Part shown: positions 1 to 8,584 of the stretch, in pieces | Layout: every line of letters starts with the position of its first letter | Numbering within the stretch: position 1 is the stretch's first letter | NCBI GenBank assembly: GCA_038320275.1 | Contig: JBBQEB010000061.1 | Span: 1 to 20,104 of the forward strand | Length of the DNA stretch: 20,104 bases | Reading direction: 5' to 3' | From: Myxococcales bacterium | GTDB lineage: Bacteria; Myxococcota; Myxococcia; Myxococcales; Anaeromyxobacteraceae | Position numbers and translations under genes: made by a program | Notes under the pieces: model-generated | Databases searched by the model: none | The model's input: the letters and a program-made list of their open reading frames with translations, nothing else | Told to the model about the DNA's origin: nothing

Positions 1-1
1 G

Positions 2-355
2 GGCTGTGCCCTCCTGACGGCCGGCGACGTCGCCGCCTCGCGAGAGGCCTTCGAGGCCGCGCTCGCGGTGGACCCAGGCTCGGTCGACGCGGCGCTCGGG
101 CTGGCGGAGGTGCGCATCGAGCAGGGCGACGCCGCTGGGGCTCTCGCCGTGCTGGAGCCCTTGCTGGGCGCCGAGCCGGAGCCCTGGATCGTGGCCGGGG
201 TGGCGGCGTTCCGGCTGGGAGCGCGGGCCGACGCGGCGCTCTTCGCCCGGTGCGCCGAGGAACGCTCCCGCGGCATCTTCGTCGGCCTCCATCGGCGCGC
301 GCTCCTCCAGCTCCTGGGGCGAGCGCTGCGGCCGCCCGAGGCCCGGGGGCCATGA
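2..355 (+). CDS. C-terminal part of a TPR-repeat protein (5' truncated by window), probably a GT2-TPR glycosyltransferase paralog
   Basis: Frame is open from base 2 (GCALLTAGDVAASREAFEAALAVDPGSVDAALGLAEVRIEQGDAAGALAVLEPLL...), with a TPR-like helical pattern. Its stop TGA (353-355) overlaps the next ATG (ATGA). It aligns by eye with the TPR region of the next gene. Confidence 0.8.
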   Translation, partial: GCALLTAGDVAASREAFEAALAVDPGSVDAALGLAEVRIEQGDAAGALAVLEPLLGAEPEPWIVAGVAAFRLGARADAALFARCAEERSRGIFVGLHRRALLQLLGRALRPPEARGP

Positions 356-2631
356 GGAAAACCATCTCGCTGTGCGTCATCGCGAAGGACGAGGAGGCGA
401 TGCTGCCGCACCTGCTCGCCTCGGTGGCGGGAGCCGTCGATGAGGTGGTGGTGGTGGACGGCGGCAGCACCGATCGCACCGTCGAGCTGGCCCGCGCGGC
501 CGGGGCTCGCGTGCATGAGCGCCCCTGGACGGGCGACTTCGCCGCCGCCCGGAACGCAGCGCTCGCCCACGCGCACGGCGACTTCGTGCTGGTGCTCGAC
601 GCCGACGAGCGCCTGGCGCCCGGGGCGGCGGCTGCCTTGCGACGAGCCGTGAAGGGCGCGACCTGGGACTGCGGCCTCCTCCCGCTCCACAATGCGACCC
701 ACCTCTTAGCCGAGCCCCGCGAGGTCCTGTCCGGCGAGGCGCGCGACGGCTCGCCCCAACTCCTGCCGCGGCTCCTTCGCAACGCCGGGGGCCTCGCCTG
801 GACGGGGATCGTCCACGAGACGGTGGCGCCGTGGCTCCACGCCCGCGGCAGCCGGGCAGCCAGGATCCCTTGCGACATCGTCCACTATGGCCACGTGCCC
901 GCCCTGCGCGAGAAGCTCGGCAAGCGTGAGCGCAACCTCGCGCTCCTCCGGCGCCAGTGCGCGCTCGACCCGTCCGACGTGATCGCGCTGGGCTACCTCG
1001 CGGGCGAGCTCCTCGACGCGGGCAAGCTGGAGGAGGCGGCCGCGGTCACCGATCGCGCCTGGGCCTTTCCGGACGCGCACTGGGGCCACCTGTCGATGCA
1101 CCGGCTCGCCGCGGTGCGCGGGATCCTGGCCCTGCGCGCCGGCGACCCGGCACGCGCGATCGAGGCCGCGAACCGCGGTGAGGCGCAGATGCGGGGCCAC
1201 TCCGACTGGCATTACCTGCGCGGCTGCGCGCGCGAGCAACAGGCCCTCGCAGCGCCGACGGGGAGCACGGTCAGGCGCGAGCTCGCCCTGCGCGCCGCGA
1301 GCGAGCTGACCTCCGCATACGCTCTGCGCGACGCCGAGCAGCTGGAGCAATTCGTCTCCGGCGCCGATGGCTCCGCCGCCGTGCTCCGGCGCGGCCACGC
1401 CCTGCTCCTGGCGGGAAAGCCCGGCGACGCGATGGAGGTGTTCGACGCGCTCCTCGCCGCCGACCCGGCAGACCGGCCTGCGCGGCTGGGCCGGGCCGAG
1501 GCGCTCCTCGACCTCGGCGAGCCGGCCCGTGCGCTGGAGGCCGCCGCCGAGCTGCTCGACGGCGCGCCGGATGGCTGGACGCTGGCCGCCGCAGCGGCCC
1601 GGGCGCTCGGGGCGACGGCGGACTCGGAGCTCTTCGCCACCCGGGCGCGCGAGCGCCAGGGGACGCGCTTCGCGGCGCTGCACCGCAGGGAGCGGCTCGA
1701 CGCGCTCGCGGACGGGCCTGGGCGAGCTTTCCCCGCGCCCGGCGGAAGCGCGCCCCTCCCGACCCAGCTCCACGTCGGCGCTGACGGCGAGCGCTTCGCC
1801 GTCACCGTGATCTCGCCCCCGGGGTACGCCCACAGCGCGGCCTTCGCGGAGCTCGCCGAGACCCTGGTCTACGGGCTGCGCGCGCTGGGCCATGACGCCG
1901 TGCCGAGCACCGACCCTGGCCTCGGGGACCGCCGGCACATCGTGCTGGGCGCCAACCTCGTTCCCCGCACCGGCGTGCGGCTTCTTCCCGGCTCCATCCT
2001 CTACAACCTGGAACAGGTGCAGGAGGACTCAGCCTGGCTCACCCCCGAGCTTCTCGACCTCTACCGGCGGTTCCCGCTCTGGGACTACAGCGACGCGAAC
2101 GCCGACGCGCTGGTGCGGATGGGCGTTCCGCGCCCGCAGGTGGTCCCGGTGGGCTACGCCCCCGTGCTCACCCGCATCGAGCCCGCCACCGAGAGCCACG
2201 ACGTCCTCTTCTACGGCTCCATGAACGCGCGGCGCCAGGCGGTCCTGGAGGACCTCGCCCGCCGCGGTGCGCGGGTGCACGCGGCCTTCGGCGTTTACGG
2301 CGAGGAGCGCGACAGGCTGGTGGCCCGCGCGCGCATCGTGCTCAACGTCCACTTTTACGAGGCGAGGGTCTTCGAGATCGTGCGGGCCTCGTACCTCCTC
2401 GCCAACCGGCGGCTGGTGGTGTCGGAGCGCGGGTGCGACGCGGCGGAGGAGGCGGCCTTCGAGGAAGGCATCGCCTTCGCGCCCTACGATCGGCTTGCGG
2501 ATCGCTGCCTCGAGCTCCTCAGGAGTCCGGAGGAGAGGCGCCGCATCGCCGACGCGGGGTTCCGCGCCATCGCGGCCCGCCCCATCGAGCCGCACCTGAG
2601 GAACGTGGTCGCCGCGCTGCGTCGGGGGTAA
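352..2631 (+). CDS. Multidomain glycosyltransferase: GT2 domain + TPR repeats + C-terminal GT-B-like (Glyco_trans_1_2/CgeB-like) domain, 759 aa
   Basis: Start moved to ATG 352 (ATGA coupling). GT2 motifs ISLCVIAKDEE, VDGGSTDRT, DFAAARN, LVLDADE, VHE, HYG. Helical TPR middle. C-terminus has YNLEQ, WDYS, DVLFYGSMNARR, IVLNVHFYE, FEIVR, VVSE. Confidence 0.88.
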   Translation: MRKTISLCVIAKDEEAMLPHLLASVAGAVDEVVVVDGGSTDRTVELARAAGARVHERPWTGDFAAARNAALAHAHGDFVLVLDADERLAPGAAAALRRAVKGATWDCGLLPLHNATHLLAEPREVLSGEARDGSPQLLPRLLRNAGGLAWTGIVHETVAPWLHARGSRAARIPCDIVHYGHVPALREKLGKRERNLALLRRQCALDPSDVIALGYLAGELLDAGKLEEAAAVTDRAWAFPDAHWGHLSMHRLAAVRGILALRAGDPARAIEAANRGEAQMRGHSDWHYLRGCAREQQALAAPTGSTVRRELALRAASELTSAYALRDAEQLEQFVSGADGSAAVLRRGHALLLAGKPGDAMEVFDALLAADPADRPARLGRAEALLDLGEPARALEAAAELLDGAPDGWTLAAAAARALGATADSELFATRARERQGTRFAALHRRERLDALADGPGRAFPAPGGSAPLPTQLHVGADGERFAVTVISPPGYAHSAAFAELAETLVYGLRALGHDAVPSTDPGLGDRRHIVLGANLVPRTGVRLLPGSILYNLEQVQEDSAWLTPELLDLYRRFPLWDYSDANADALVRMGVPRPQVVPVGYAPVLTRIEPATESHDVLFYGSMNARRQAVLEDLARRGARVHAAFGVYGEERDRLVARARIVLNVHFYEARVFEIVRASYLLANRRLVVSERGCDAAEEAAFEEGIAFAPYDRLADRCLELLRSPEERRRIADAGFRAIAARPIEPHLRNVVAALRRG

Positions 2632-2644
2632 GCTCCCGCGCCGC

Positions 2645-4282
2645 ATGGAAGGCTACGACGTCATCGTCCTCGGCGGCGGGGTGAACGGCACCGGCACGGC
2701 CCGCGACCTCGCCATGCGGGGCCTCTCGGTGCTGCTCCTCGAGAAGAGCGACTTCGCCTGCGGGGCGAGCGGCGCCAACTCCGGGATGATCCACGGCGGC
2801 ATCCGCTACATGCTGTCCGACCGCCACGTCACCGAGCTCGCCTGCCGCGACTCCGGCTACATCCAGCGCATCGCGCCCCACCTCCTCTTCCGCATCCCCT
2901 TCCTCATGCCGTTCACCTCGGCGAAGGAGGAGGCGACGCTGCGTGAGCGTGCGACCTGGTACGCCACCGAGGTGTACGTCGGCACGTACGACCAGTACCA
3001 GCCGCTGAAGCGGGGCAAGCGCTCCACCCGGCTCACGGCCGAGGAGCTCTATCGCCTCGAACCCGCGCTGCGCCCAGGCCTCGCCGGGGCGGTGACCTTC
3101 GACGAGTGGGGCATCGACTCGCACCGGCTCTGCGTGCTGAACGCGCTCTCGGCGCGCGCGCACGGGGCCATCCTGCGCACCTGGACCGAGGCGCGCGAGC
3201 TCCTGCGCGAAGGTGGAAAGGTCACCGGCGTGCGCTGGCGCGACATGATCACCGGCCACGTGGGCGAGGCGCGCGCGCGCGCCGTGTACAACGCCACTGG
3301 CGCCTGGAGCCCCGGCCTGGCCCGCCGCAACCGGCTCCACGTCCCCATGCGCCCAGGCAAGGGGGTCCACCTCACCCTCGACCGCCGCTTTTCTAACTAC
3401 GGCGTGGCCTGTACGGCGGTGGATGGCCGGCAGATGTTCCTCATGCCGCACGAGAACGACTCGATCATCGGCACTACCGATGACGACTACTACGGCGATC
3501 CCGACGACCTGGAGGCGACGTACGACGAGGTCGAGTACCTGATCGAAGGGGTGGAGTCGCTCATCCCCACGGTGCGCCGCGCCCGGGTGACGCGGGCCTG
3601 GTGGGGACTGCGTACGACCTTGTACGAGTACGGAAAGGGCGAGGACGCGCTCTCGCGCGAGCACGGGTTCCTGGAGCACGGAGCCGAGGGCGCCGAGGGG
3701 CTCGTGTCCATCCTCGGTGGAAAGCTCGCGAGCTACCGCGTGCAGTCGGAGGAGGGCGCCGACCTCCTGGTGCGAAAGCTCGGCCGCACCGCCGACGTGT
3801 GCCGCACGCACGAGGAGCCGCTGCCCGGAGGAGAAGCGCCCGCCGACGTTCCGGCCCTGGCGGAGCGTCACGGCGTCGCCGCGGCGGTGGTCGCCCGCGT
3901 GGTGTACCGCCACGGGGCTCGCGCGGAGGAGGTTCTCAGGCTGTGCGACGAGGATCCACGCCTCCGCTTGGTGCTCTGCCGGGACGAGGGGATCCTCGGC
4001 GCGGAGATCGTGTACTGCGTCCGCAACGAGCTCGTTCGCAAGCTGCAGGACCTCCGGCGCCGCTGCCGACTGGCCGTGAGCGCGTGCGGGGGGCTCGACT
4101 GCGCGCGCCCCGCGGCGCAGCTCGCCGCCCGCGAGCTGGGGTGGAGCGCCGACGAGACCCGCGCCCAGCTCGCGGAGCTGCTCGAGCTAGGGTGGCGCGA
4201 GCGGCGTGCGGTGCTGGACGGTCACCAGCTCGCCCAGGAAGAGCTGCTCCGGGGCGCCCACACGGGCGTGGGGCGCCTGTGA
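2645..4282 (+). CDS. glpA: FAD-dependent glycerol-3-phosphate dehydrogenase, anaerobic subunit A type
   Basis: DVIVLGGGVNG FAD-binding motif, ARDLAMRGL, GASGANSGMIHGGIRY, NATGAW, KGVHL, IGTTD, GGKL. C-terminal BFD-like Cys motif. Coupled to a glpB-like gene. Confidence 0.88.
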   Translation: MEGYDVIVLGGGVNGTGTARDLAMRGLSVLLLEKSDFACGASGANSGMIHGGIRYMLSDRHVTELACRDSGYIQRIAPHLLFRIPFLMPFTSAKEEATLRERATWYATEVYVGTYDQYQPLKRGKRSTRLTAEELYRLEPALRPGLAGAVTFDEWGIDSHRLCVLNALSARAHGAILRTWTEARELLREGGKVTGVRWRDMITGHVGEARARAVYNATGAWSPGLARRNRLHVPMRPGKGVHLTLDRRFSNYGVACTAVDGRQMFLMPHENDSIIGTTDDDYYGDPDDLEATYDEVEYLIEGVESLIPTVRRARVTRAWWGLRTTLYEYGKGEDALSREHGFLEHGAEGAEGLVSILGGKLASYRVQSEEGADLLVRKLGRTADVCRTHEEPLPGGEAPADVPALAERHGVAAAVVARVVYRHGARAEEVLRLCDEDPRLRLVLCRDEGILGAEIVYCVRNELVRKLQDLRRRCRLAVSACGGLDCARPAAQLAARELGWSADETRAQLAELLELGWRERRAVLDGHQLAQEELLRGAHTGVGRL

Positions 4283-5583
4283 GCGCCGGCGCGAAGCGCA
4301 CCCTCTCGGCCGACGTGCTGGTGGTGGGCGGCGGCATGGCGGGCGCGATGGCGGCGCTCTCGGCGCGGGCCGCGGGCGCGAGCGTCGTGCTGGCCCGGCG
4401 CGCTCCCGGCGCCACCGCGCTCTCGTCGGGCGCGATCGGCGTCGCACCGGACGTCTGGGCCGCGCCCGGCGAGCCCTTTTCTTCGCGCCTCGGCACCCTC
4501 GACGCCGCGCGCCGGCTGGCCGCGACGCGCTCTCACCACCCCTATGCCGTCGTCGGCGCCGGACTGGAGCGGCTGGAGGAGGCGCTCGCCTTCGCGGCGG
4601 AGGCGCTGTCGGAGGTGGTCGCGCCCCCAGGCCCGCGACCGCTCTTCCTCGCGACCAACTACGGCGCCGTCTCCACCTGTGCGCTGGCCCAGCGGACCAT
4701 GCTCGGGGCGGAGCTCTCGCGTCCCGGGCTCCTCGCCGTGGTGGGCTTCCGCGGGCACCTCGGCTTCGACGCGCGGCTCGTGGCGGGCGCGCTCGCGTCG
4801 GCGGCGGCGAGCGGTGGTCCGCGGGCCGTGCCGGTGGAGCTCGACCTCTTCATGCGCGAGGACGCGTCCACGGCCCGCCCGCACGAGCTCGCGCGCATGC
4901 TCGACGCGCCCGGCGCGGCCGAGGAGGCGGGGACGCTCCTCCGGGCCGCCCTGCCTCCCGGCGCGACCGCCGCGCTCTTTCCACCGGTGCTCGGCCTCGA
5001 CCCCCGCGCCCGCGCCATGGAGCGCCTCTCCGCCGCCGCCGGGGTGCCGGTCGGGGAAACGCTGTCGGACGTGCCCAGCGTGCCTGGCTACCGGCTCCAG
5101 GTTGCCCTCGACGAACGGCTCGCGCTGGCCGGGATCGAGCTGGTGCGGGGTGACGTGGAGCACGGCGGCCGGCCGGGTGGCCCGGTCGCAGCCGGAGGCG
5201 TCGTGATCGAGGCCGCCCGCTGGGTGCTCGCCACCGGCCGCTTCGTGGGCGGAGGGATCGTCCGCCGCGGCCGTCTCCAGGAAGCGCTCCTCGGCATCCC
5301 GGTGCAGGCCTCCGAAAGCGGCGCCGCGGGCGTGCATCTCGCCGTGCGTCCCACCGCAACCCTCACCGTCCGCGAGCGCCGAGCTCCGCAGCCGCTTCTC
5401 GCCGCCGGCATCCGGGTGGACGCGATCCTGCGCCCCCTAGGCGAAGGCGGCCTCCCGCTGCACGCGGGGCTCCACGCTGCGGGGGCCGTCATCGGCGGTC
5501 ACGAGGTGGCGGCCGATGGGACGGGGCTGGGGGTAGCCATCCTGACGGGTTACCTGGCGGGGAAGGCGGCGGCGCTTCGCTGA
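4279..5583 (+). CDS. glpB: Anaerobic glycerol-3-phosphate dehydrogenase subunit B-like flavoprotein, 434 aa
   Basis: GTG 4279 overlaps the glpA stop (GTGA). Motifs DVLVVGGGMAG, GATALSSGAI, FPPVLG, PSVPGYRLQ, VLATGRFVGGGI, AAGIRVD, AAGAVIGG, GTGLGVAILTGY. Confidence 0.85.
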   Translation: MSAGAKRTLSADVLVVGGGMAGAMAALSARAAGASVVLARRAPGATALSSGAIGVAPDVWAAPGEPFSSRLGTLDAARRLAATRSHHPYAVVGAGLERLEEALAFAAEALSEVVAPPGPRPLFLATNYGAVSTCALAQRTMLGAELSRPGLLAVVGFRGHLGFDARLVAGALASAAASGGPRAVPVELDLFMREDASTARPHELARMLDAPGAAEEAGTLLRAALPPGATAALFPPVLGLDPRARAMERLSAAAGVPVGETLSDVPSVPGYRLQVALDERLALAGIELVRGDVEHGGRPGGPVAAGGVVIEAARWVLATGRFVGGGIVRRGRLQEALLGIPVQASESGAAGVHLAVRPTATLTVRERRAPQPLLAAGIRVDAILRPLGEGGLPLHAGLHAAGAVIGGHEVAADGTGLGVAILTGYLAGKAAALR

Positions 5584-5607
5584 CGGAAGATCGCCCCTCC
5601 GGCGCTC

Positions 5608-5633
5608 GGGTGCTGACGTCGTCGTCAGCGCCT
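5608..5633 (+). terminator. Hairpin downstream of glpB (possible terminator)
   Basis: GGGTGCTGACG-tcgt-CGTCAGCGCCT forms an about 11-bp stem (two G-U pairs) 24 nt after the glpB stop. There is no long U-tract. Confidence 0.4.
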
Positions 5634-5721
5634 TGACGCAGACGCCTGTTTTGGCCGGTGAATCGAGATGGATCGCTCCTTGCTTTGCTTGGTCCCGACA
5701 GATTTCAAGGGAGCCAGGCCC

Positions 5722-6864
5722 ATGCAACCCGCAACGCGCGACGTAGACCTACCTCGTTACTACAGCCTCTCCCGCCCCGAGCTCACGCAGCAGATCGATC
5801 CACTCCACCTCAGGATCCTCGAGGTGGGGTGCGCCGGTGGGGCGATGGGTGCCGAGCTCCTGGGCAGGGGAGCCTCTGAGGTCGTGGGGCTCGACATCTT
5901 CGAGCCCGCCTTGGTCTTTGCCCGCCAGCGGCTCTCCGCGGCACACCGCGTCGACCTGGACTCCCTTGCCGACCTTCCCTATCCGGATCGGCATTTCAAC
6001 CTCATTACCTTCGCCGACGTCCTCGAGCACCTTCGGGACCCGGCGCAGGTGCTCCGCCACCTCCGCCGGTGGCTTCGGGACGACGGAAGGATCCTCGTCT
6101 CGCTTCCAAACATCCGGCACGAGTCCGTGGTCCTCCCGCTGCTCATCGACGGCCAGTGGAACTACGCCGACGCGGGGATCCTCGACCGGACACATCTCCG
6201 CTTCTTCACGCGCGAGGGCATGGAGAACATGCTTCAGTCCGCCGGGTTCCGGGTCAGCGGCAAGATGACCGGAACGACGACCCCCATTCCGGCCTACGTG
6301 GCCAAGGCCGCCGAGCTGGTGGAGGCCCTGGGAGGAGACGTCTCCAAGTTTCTGCAGGAGTGCAACGTCGTCCAGTTCATCACCTTCGCGGTCCCGGTCG
6401 AATCCGGTTACCGGGCGAAGGCGGACGCTCCGGGCCGATCCGGAGCGTTCGCCGACCCGCCAAGATACTGGGCCGGATCGCGACAGAAGCGCGTGCTTCT
6501 CGTCCCCGATCTGGACTCCGCGGCCGACTGCTGGGGAGATGTGCTGCCACGCCTGGCGGCTCAGCTCGGCACCGACCCGAGCGTCACCTTGGGGATTGCG
6601 CTCCCGGCAGCGCTCCACACGGACCTTCCCGCTCCCATCCGGGCGCTCTCCTCCGACCTCGACCTCGATCTGCTGCTCATCGAGCGGCCGACGTCCAGCG
6701 CGGATTGGAACGAGCTCATGCGCGAGAGCACCATCCTCGTCCTCACCTCGCCGCGGCCGGATCTCGTGGAGCTCGCGGCGGGCGCGCATCTCCCGGTGCA
6801 CGACGCCAATGCCGACGCGCAGCTTCGCAGCGCCGTTCCCTCGAAGCAGCAGCCGCGCAGCTGA
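5722..6864 (+). CDS. Class I SAM-dependent methyltransferase (glycan-cluster type) with an extra C-terminal alpha/beta domain, 380 aa
   Basis: SD AAGGGAG (5707-5713) favours ATG 5722 over 5668. Motifs ILEVGCAGG, FADVLEHLRDP, SLPNIRH, GILDRTHLRFFT. Confidence 0.85.
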   Translation: MQPATRDVDLPRYYSLSRPELTQQIDPLHLRILEVGCAGGAMGAELLGRGASEVVGLDIFEPALVFARQRLSAAHRVDLDSLADLPYPDRHFNLITFADVLEHLRDPAQVLRHLRRWLRDDGRILVSLPNIRHESVVLPLLIDGQWNYADAGILDRTHLRFFTREGMENMLQSAGFRVSGKMTGTTTPIPAYVAKAAELVEALGGDVSKFLQECNVVQFITFAVPVESGYRAKADAPGRSGAFADPPRYWAGSRQKRVLLVPDLDSAADCWGDVLPRLAAQLGTDPSVTLGIALPAALHTDLPAPIRALSSDLDLDLLLIERPTSSADWNELMRESTILVLTSPRPDLVELAAGAHLPVHDANADAQLRSAVPSKQQPRS

Positions 6865-6875
6865 AGGAGAGGCCA

Positions 6876-8546
6876 ATGTCCAGCTCGATCGACAGCACCA
6901 CCACCGCCGCGCTTCCGGGCGAGGTGCGCGCCATCGCCTACTACTTGCCGCAATACCACCCCATTCCGGAGAACGACATCTGGTGGGGGCGCGGTTTTAC
7001 CGAATGGACCAACGTGACCCGGGCGAAGCCGCTCTTCGACGGGCACGAGCAGCCTCACCGGCCCACCGAGCTGGGGTACTACGACCTTCGTGTTCCGGAG
7101 GTCCGCGCGGCCCAGGCGGAGCTCGCCGCGGCGCATGGCATTCACGGCTTCTGCTACTACTACTATTCGTTTGGACCGAAGCGCCTCCTCGAGCGGCCGC
7201 TCCTCGACATGCTCGCGAGCGGCGAGCCCGATTTCCCATTCTGCATCTGCTGGGCGAACGAGACCTGGTCAAGGCGCTGGGACGGGGCCGAGGCCCAGGT
7301 GCTCATCGCGCAAGACGACTCCCCCGCTCACTACCGGAACTTCATCCACGAGGTCCTGCCGGTCCTCCAGGACCGCCGCTACATCCGTGTGAACGAGGCC
7401 CCGGTGCTCCTCGTCTACCGGGTAGGCAGGATCCCGGACGCGGCGAGCGTCGCGCAGTACTGGCGGGAACAGGCGAAGGCCGCCGGCCTGCCCGGCCTGT
7501 ACCTCTGCGCGGTCCAAAGCCATGATCGCAACTTCGATCCGAGGGTGGCAGGCTACGACGCCGCCGTGGAGTTCCCACCTTCCCCGTGGAAGGCGACCAA
7601 GGTCGAGCCGAGCACGCTGCCGGGCATGGACCCGGACTTCACCGGCAGTATCTTCGACTATCCATCACTTCTCGCGAACAGCCTCCGCCGCGCCACCCCC
7701 GACTACCGCCTCCTGCGAGGCGTCATGACCGACTGGGACAACACCGCGCGGCGCGGACCGGCCGCCTATCTGTTCCGCGGCGCCTCCCCACGGGAGTACG
7801 AGACATGGCTGCGGGGGAGCGTCGCCTGGACGTTGGCGCACAATCCCCCCCAGGAGCGGCTGGTGTTCGTGAACGCCTGGAATGAGTGGGCCGAGGGTGC
7901 CCATCTCGAGCCCGACGAGCGCCATGGACGGGCCTGGCTCGAGGCTACCCAGCGCGCGCTGTCCCGGGCGGACGCCTGGCGGGGAGCCCTGACGGCGCTG
8001 CGGGAGGGCAAGGCGCTCGCGCCCGAGATGCTGACCGCGTACGCGGAGGACATCCGCTTCGCGCTCGAGAGGCTCGACCGCGTCGACCAGCCGGCAACGA
8101 TCTGGGGCGCGGCGTTCTCCAAGGGTGCACCCCGCTCCTTCGACGGGCGGCCCACGCGCACGGAGGGCACGTTCGCGCTGGAAGCCATCCAGGGGCACGC
8201 TCCCAACGGAAAGGTGGAGGTGAGGCCCGGCGAGCCGATCCACGTTCGCGGCTGGGCCGTCGCTCCCGGCGCGGACCTTGGCAGAGCGCCCGCCGTGGTC
8301 GCCCTGAGCTCCCCGACCACCGCCCGCCTGTACACGGCGGCTCTCGGGCCCCGCACTCCGCGTTTCGACGTGGCCTATCGCCATCGCCAGCTCGATCCCC
8401 GGTGCGTGAGCCTCGCCGGCTTCGAGGGCCGGTTCTCGACCGCCGAGGTGGAACCCGGAGAATACAAGCTCGCAGTCTTTCACGCAGGGTCCGAGGTGAA
8501 CGTCGCCGCGTTCTCCGAGCACCGGGTCGTCGTCGCGGAACCCTGA
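6876..8546 (+). CDS. WbsX-family (GH99-like fold) glycan-active protein with C-terminal Ig-like domain, 556 aa
   Basis: SD AAGGAG at 6864-6869, ATG 6876. Motifs AYYLPQYHPIPENDIWWGRGFTEWTNV, LGYYDLR, GFCYYYY, CWANETWSRRWDG, WDNTARR, FVNAWNEWAEGAHLEPD. Confidence 0.9.
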   Translation: MSSSIDSTTTAALPGEVRAIAYYLPQYHPIPENDIWWGRGFTEWTNVTRAKPLFDGHEQPHRPTELGYYDLRVPEVRAAQAELAAAHGIHGFCYYYYSFGPKRLLERPLLDMLASGEPDFPFCICWANETWSRRWDGAEAQVLIAQDDSPAHYRNFIHEVLPVLQDRRYIRVNEAPVLLVYRVGRIPDAASVAQYWREQAKAAGLPGLYLCAVQSHDRNFDPRVAGYDAAVEFPPSPWKATKVEPSTLPGMDPDFTGSIFDYPSLLANSLRRATPDYRLLRGVMTDWDNTARRGPAAYLFRGASPREYETWLRGSVAWTLAHNPPQERLVFVNAWNEWAEGAHLEPDERHGRAWLEATQRALSRADAWRGALTALREGKALAPEMLTAYAEDIRFALERLDRVDQPATIWGAAFSKGAPRSFDGRPTRTEGTFALEAIQGHAPNGKVEVRPGEPIHVRGWAVAPGADLGRAPAVVALSSPTTARLYTAALGPRTPRFDVAYRHRQLDPRCVSLAGFEGRFSTAEVEPGEYKLAVFHAGSEVNVAAFSEHRVVVAEP

Positions 8547-8584
8547 CCGCAGCGTGGCCGCAGGTCTGGACCAAGTACTCGAAG

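Noticed and set aside
5649..5668. Sigma54 promoter at TTGGCCGGTGAATCGA
   Set aside because: A -24 TGGC is present but the -12 position reads TCGA rather than TTGC.
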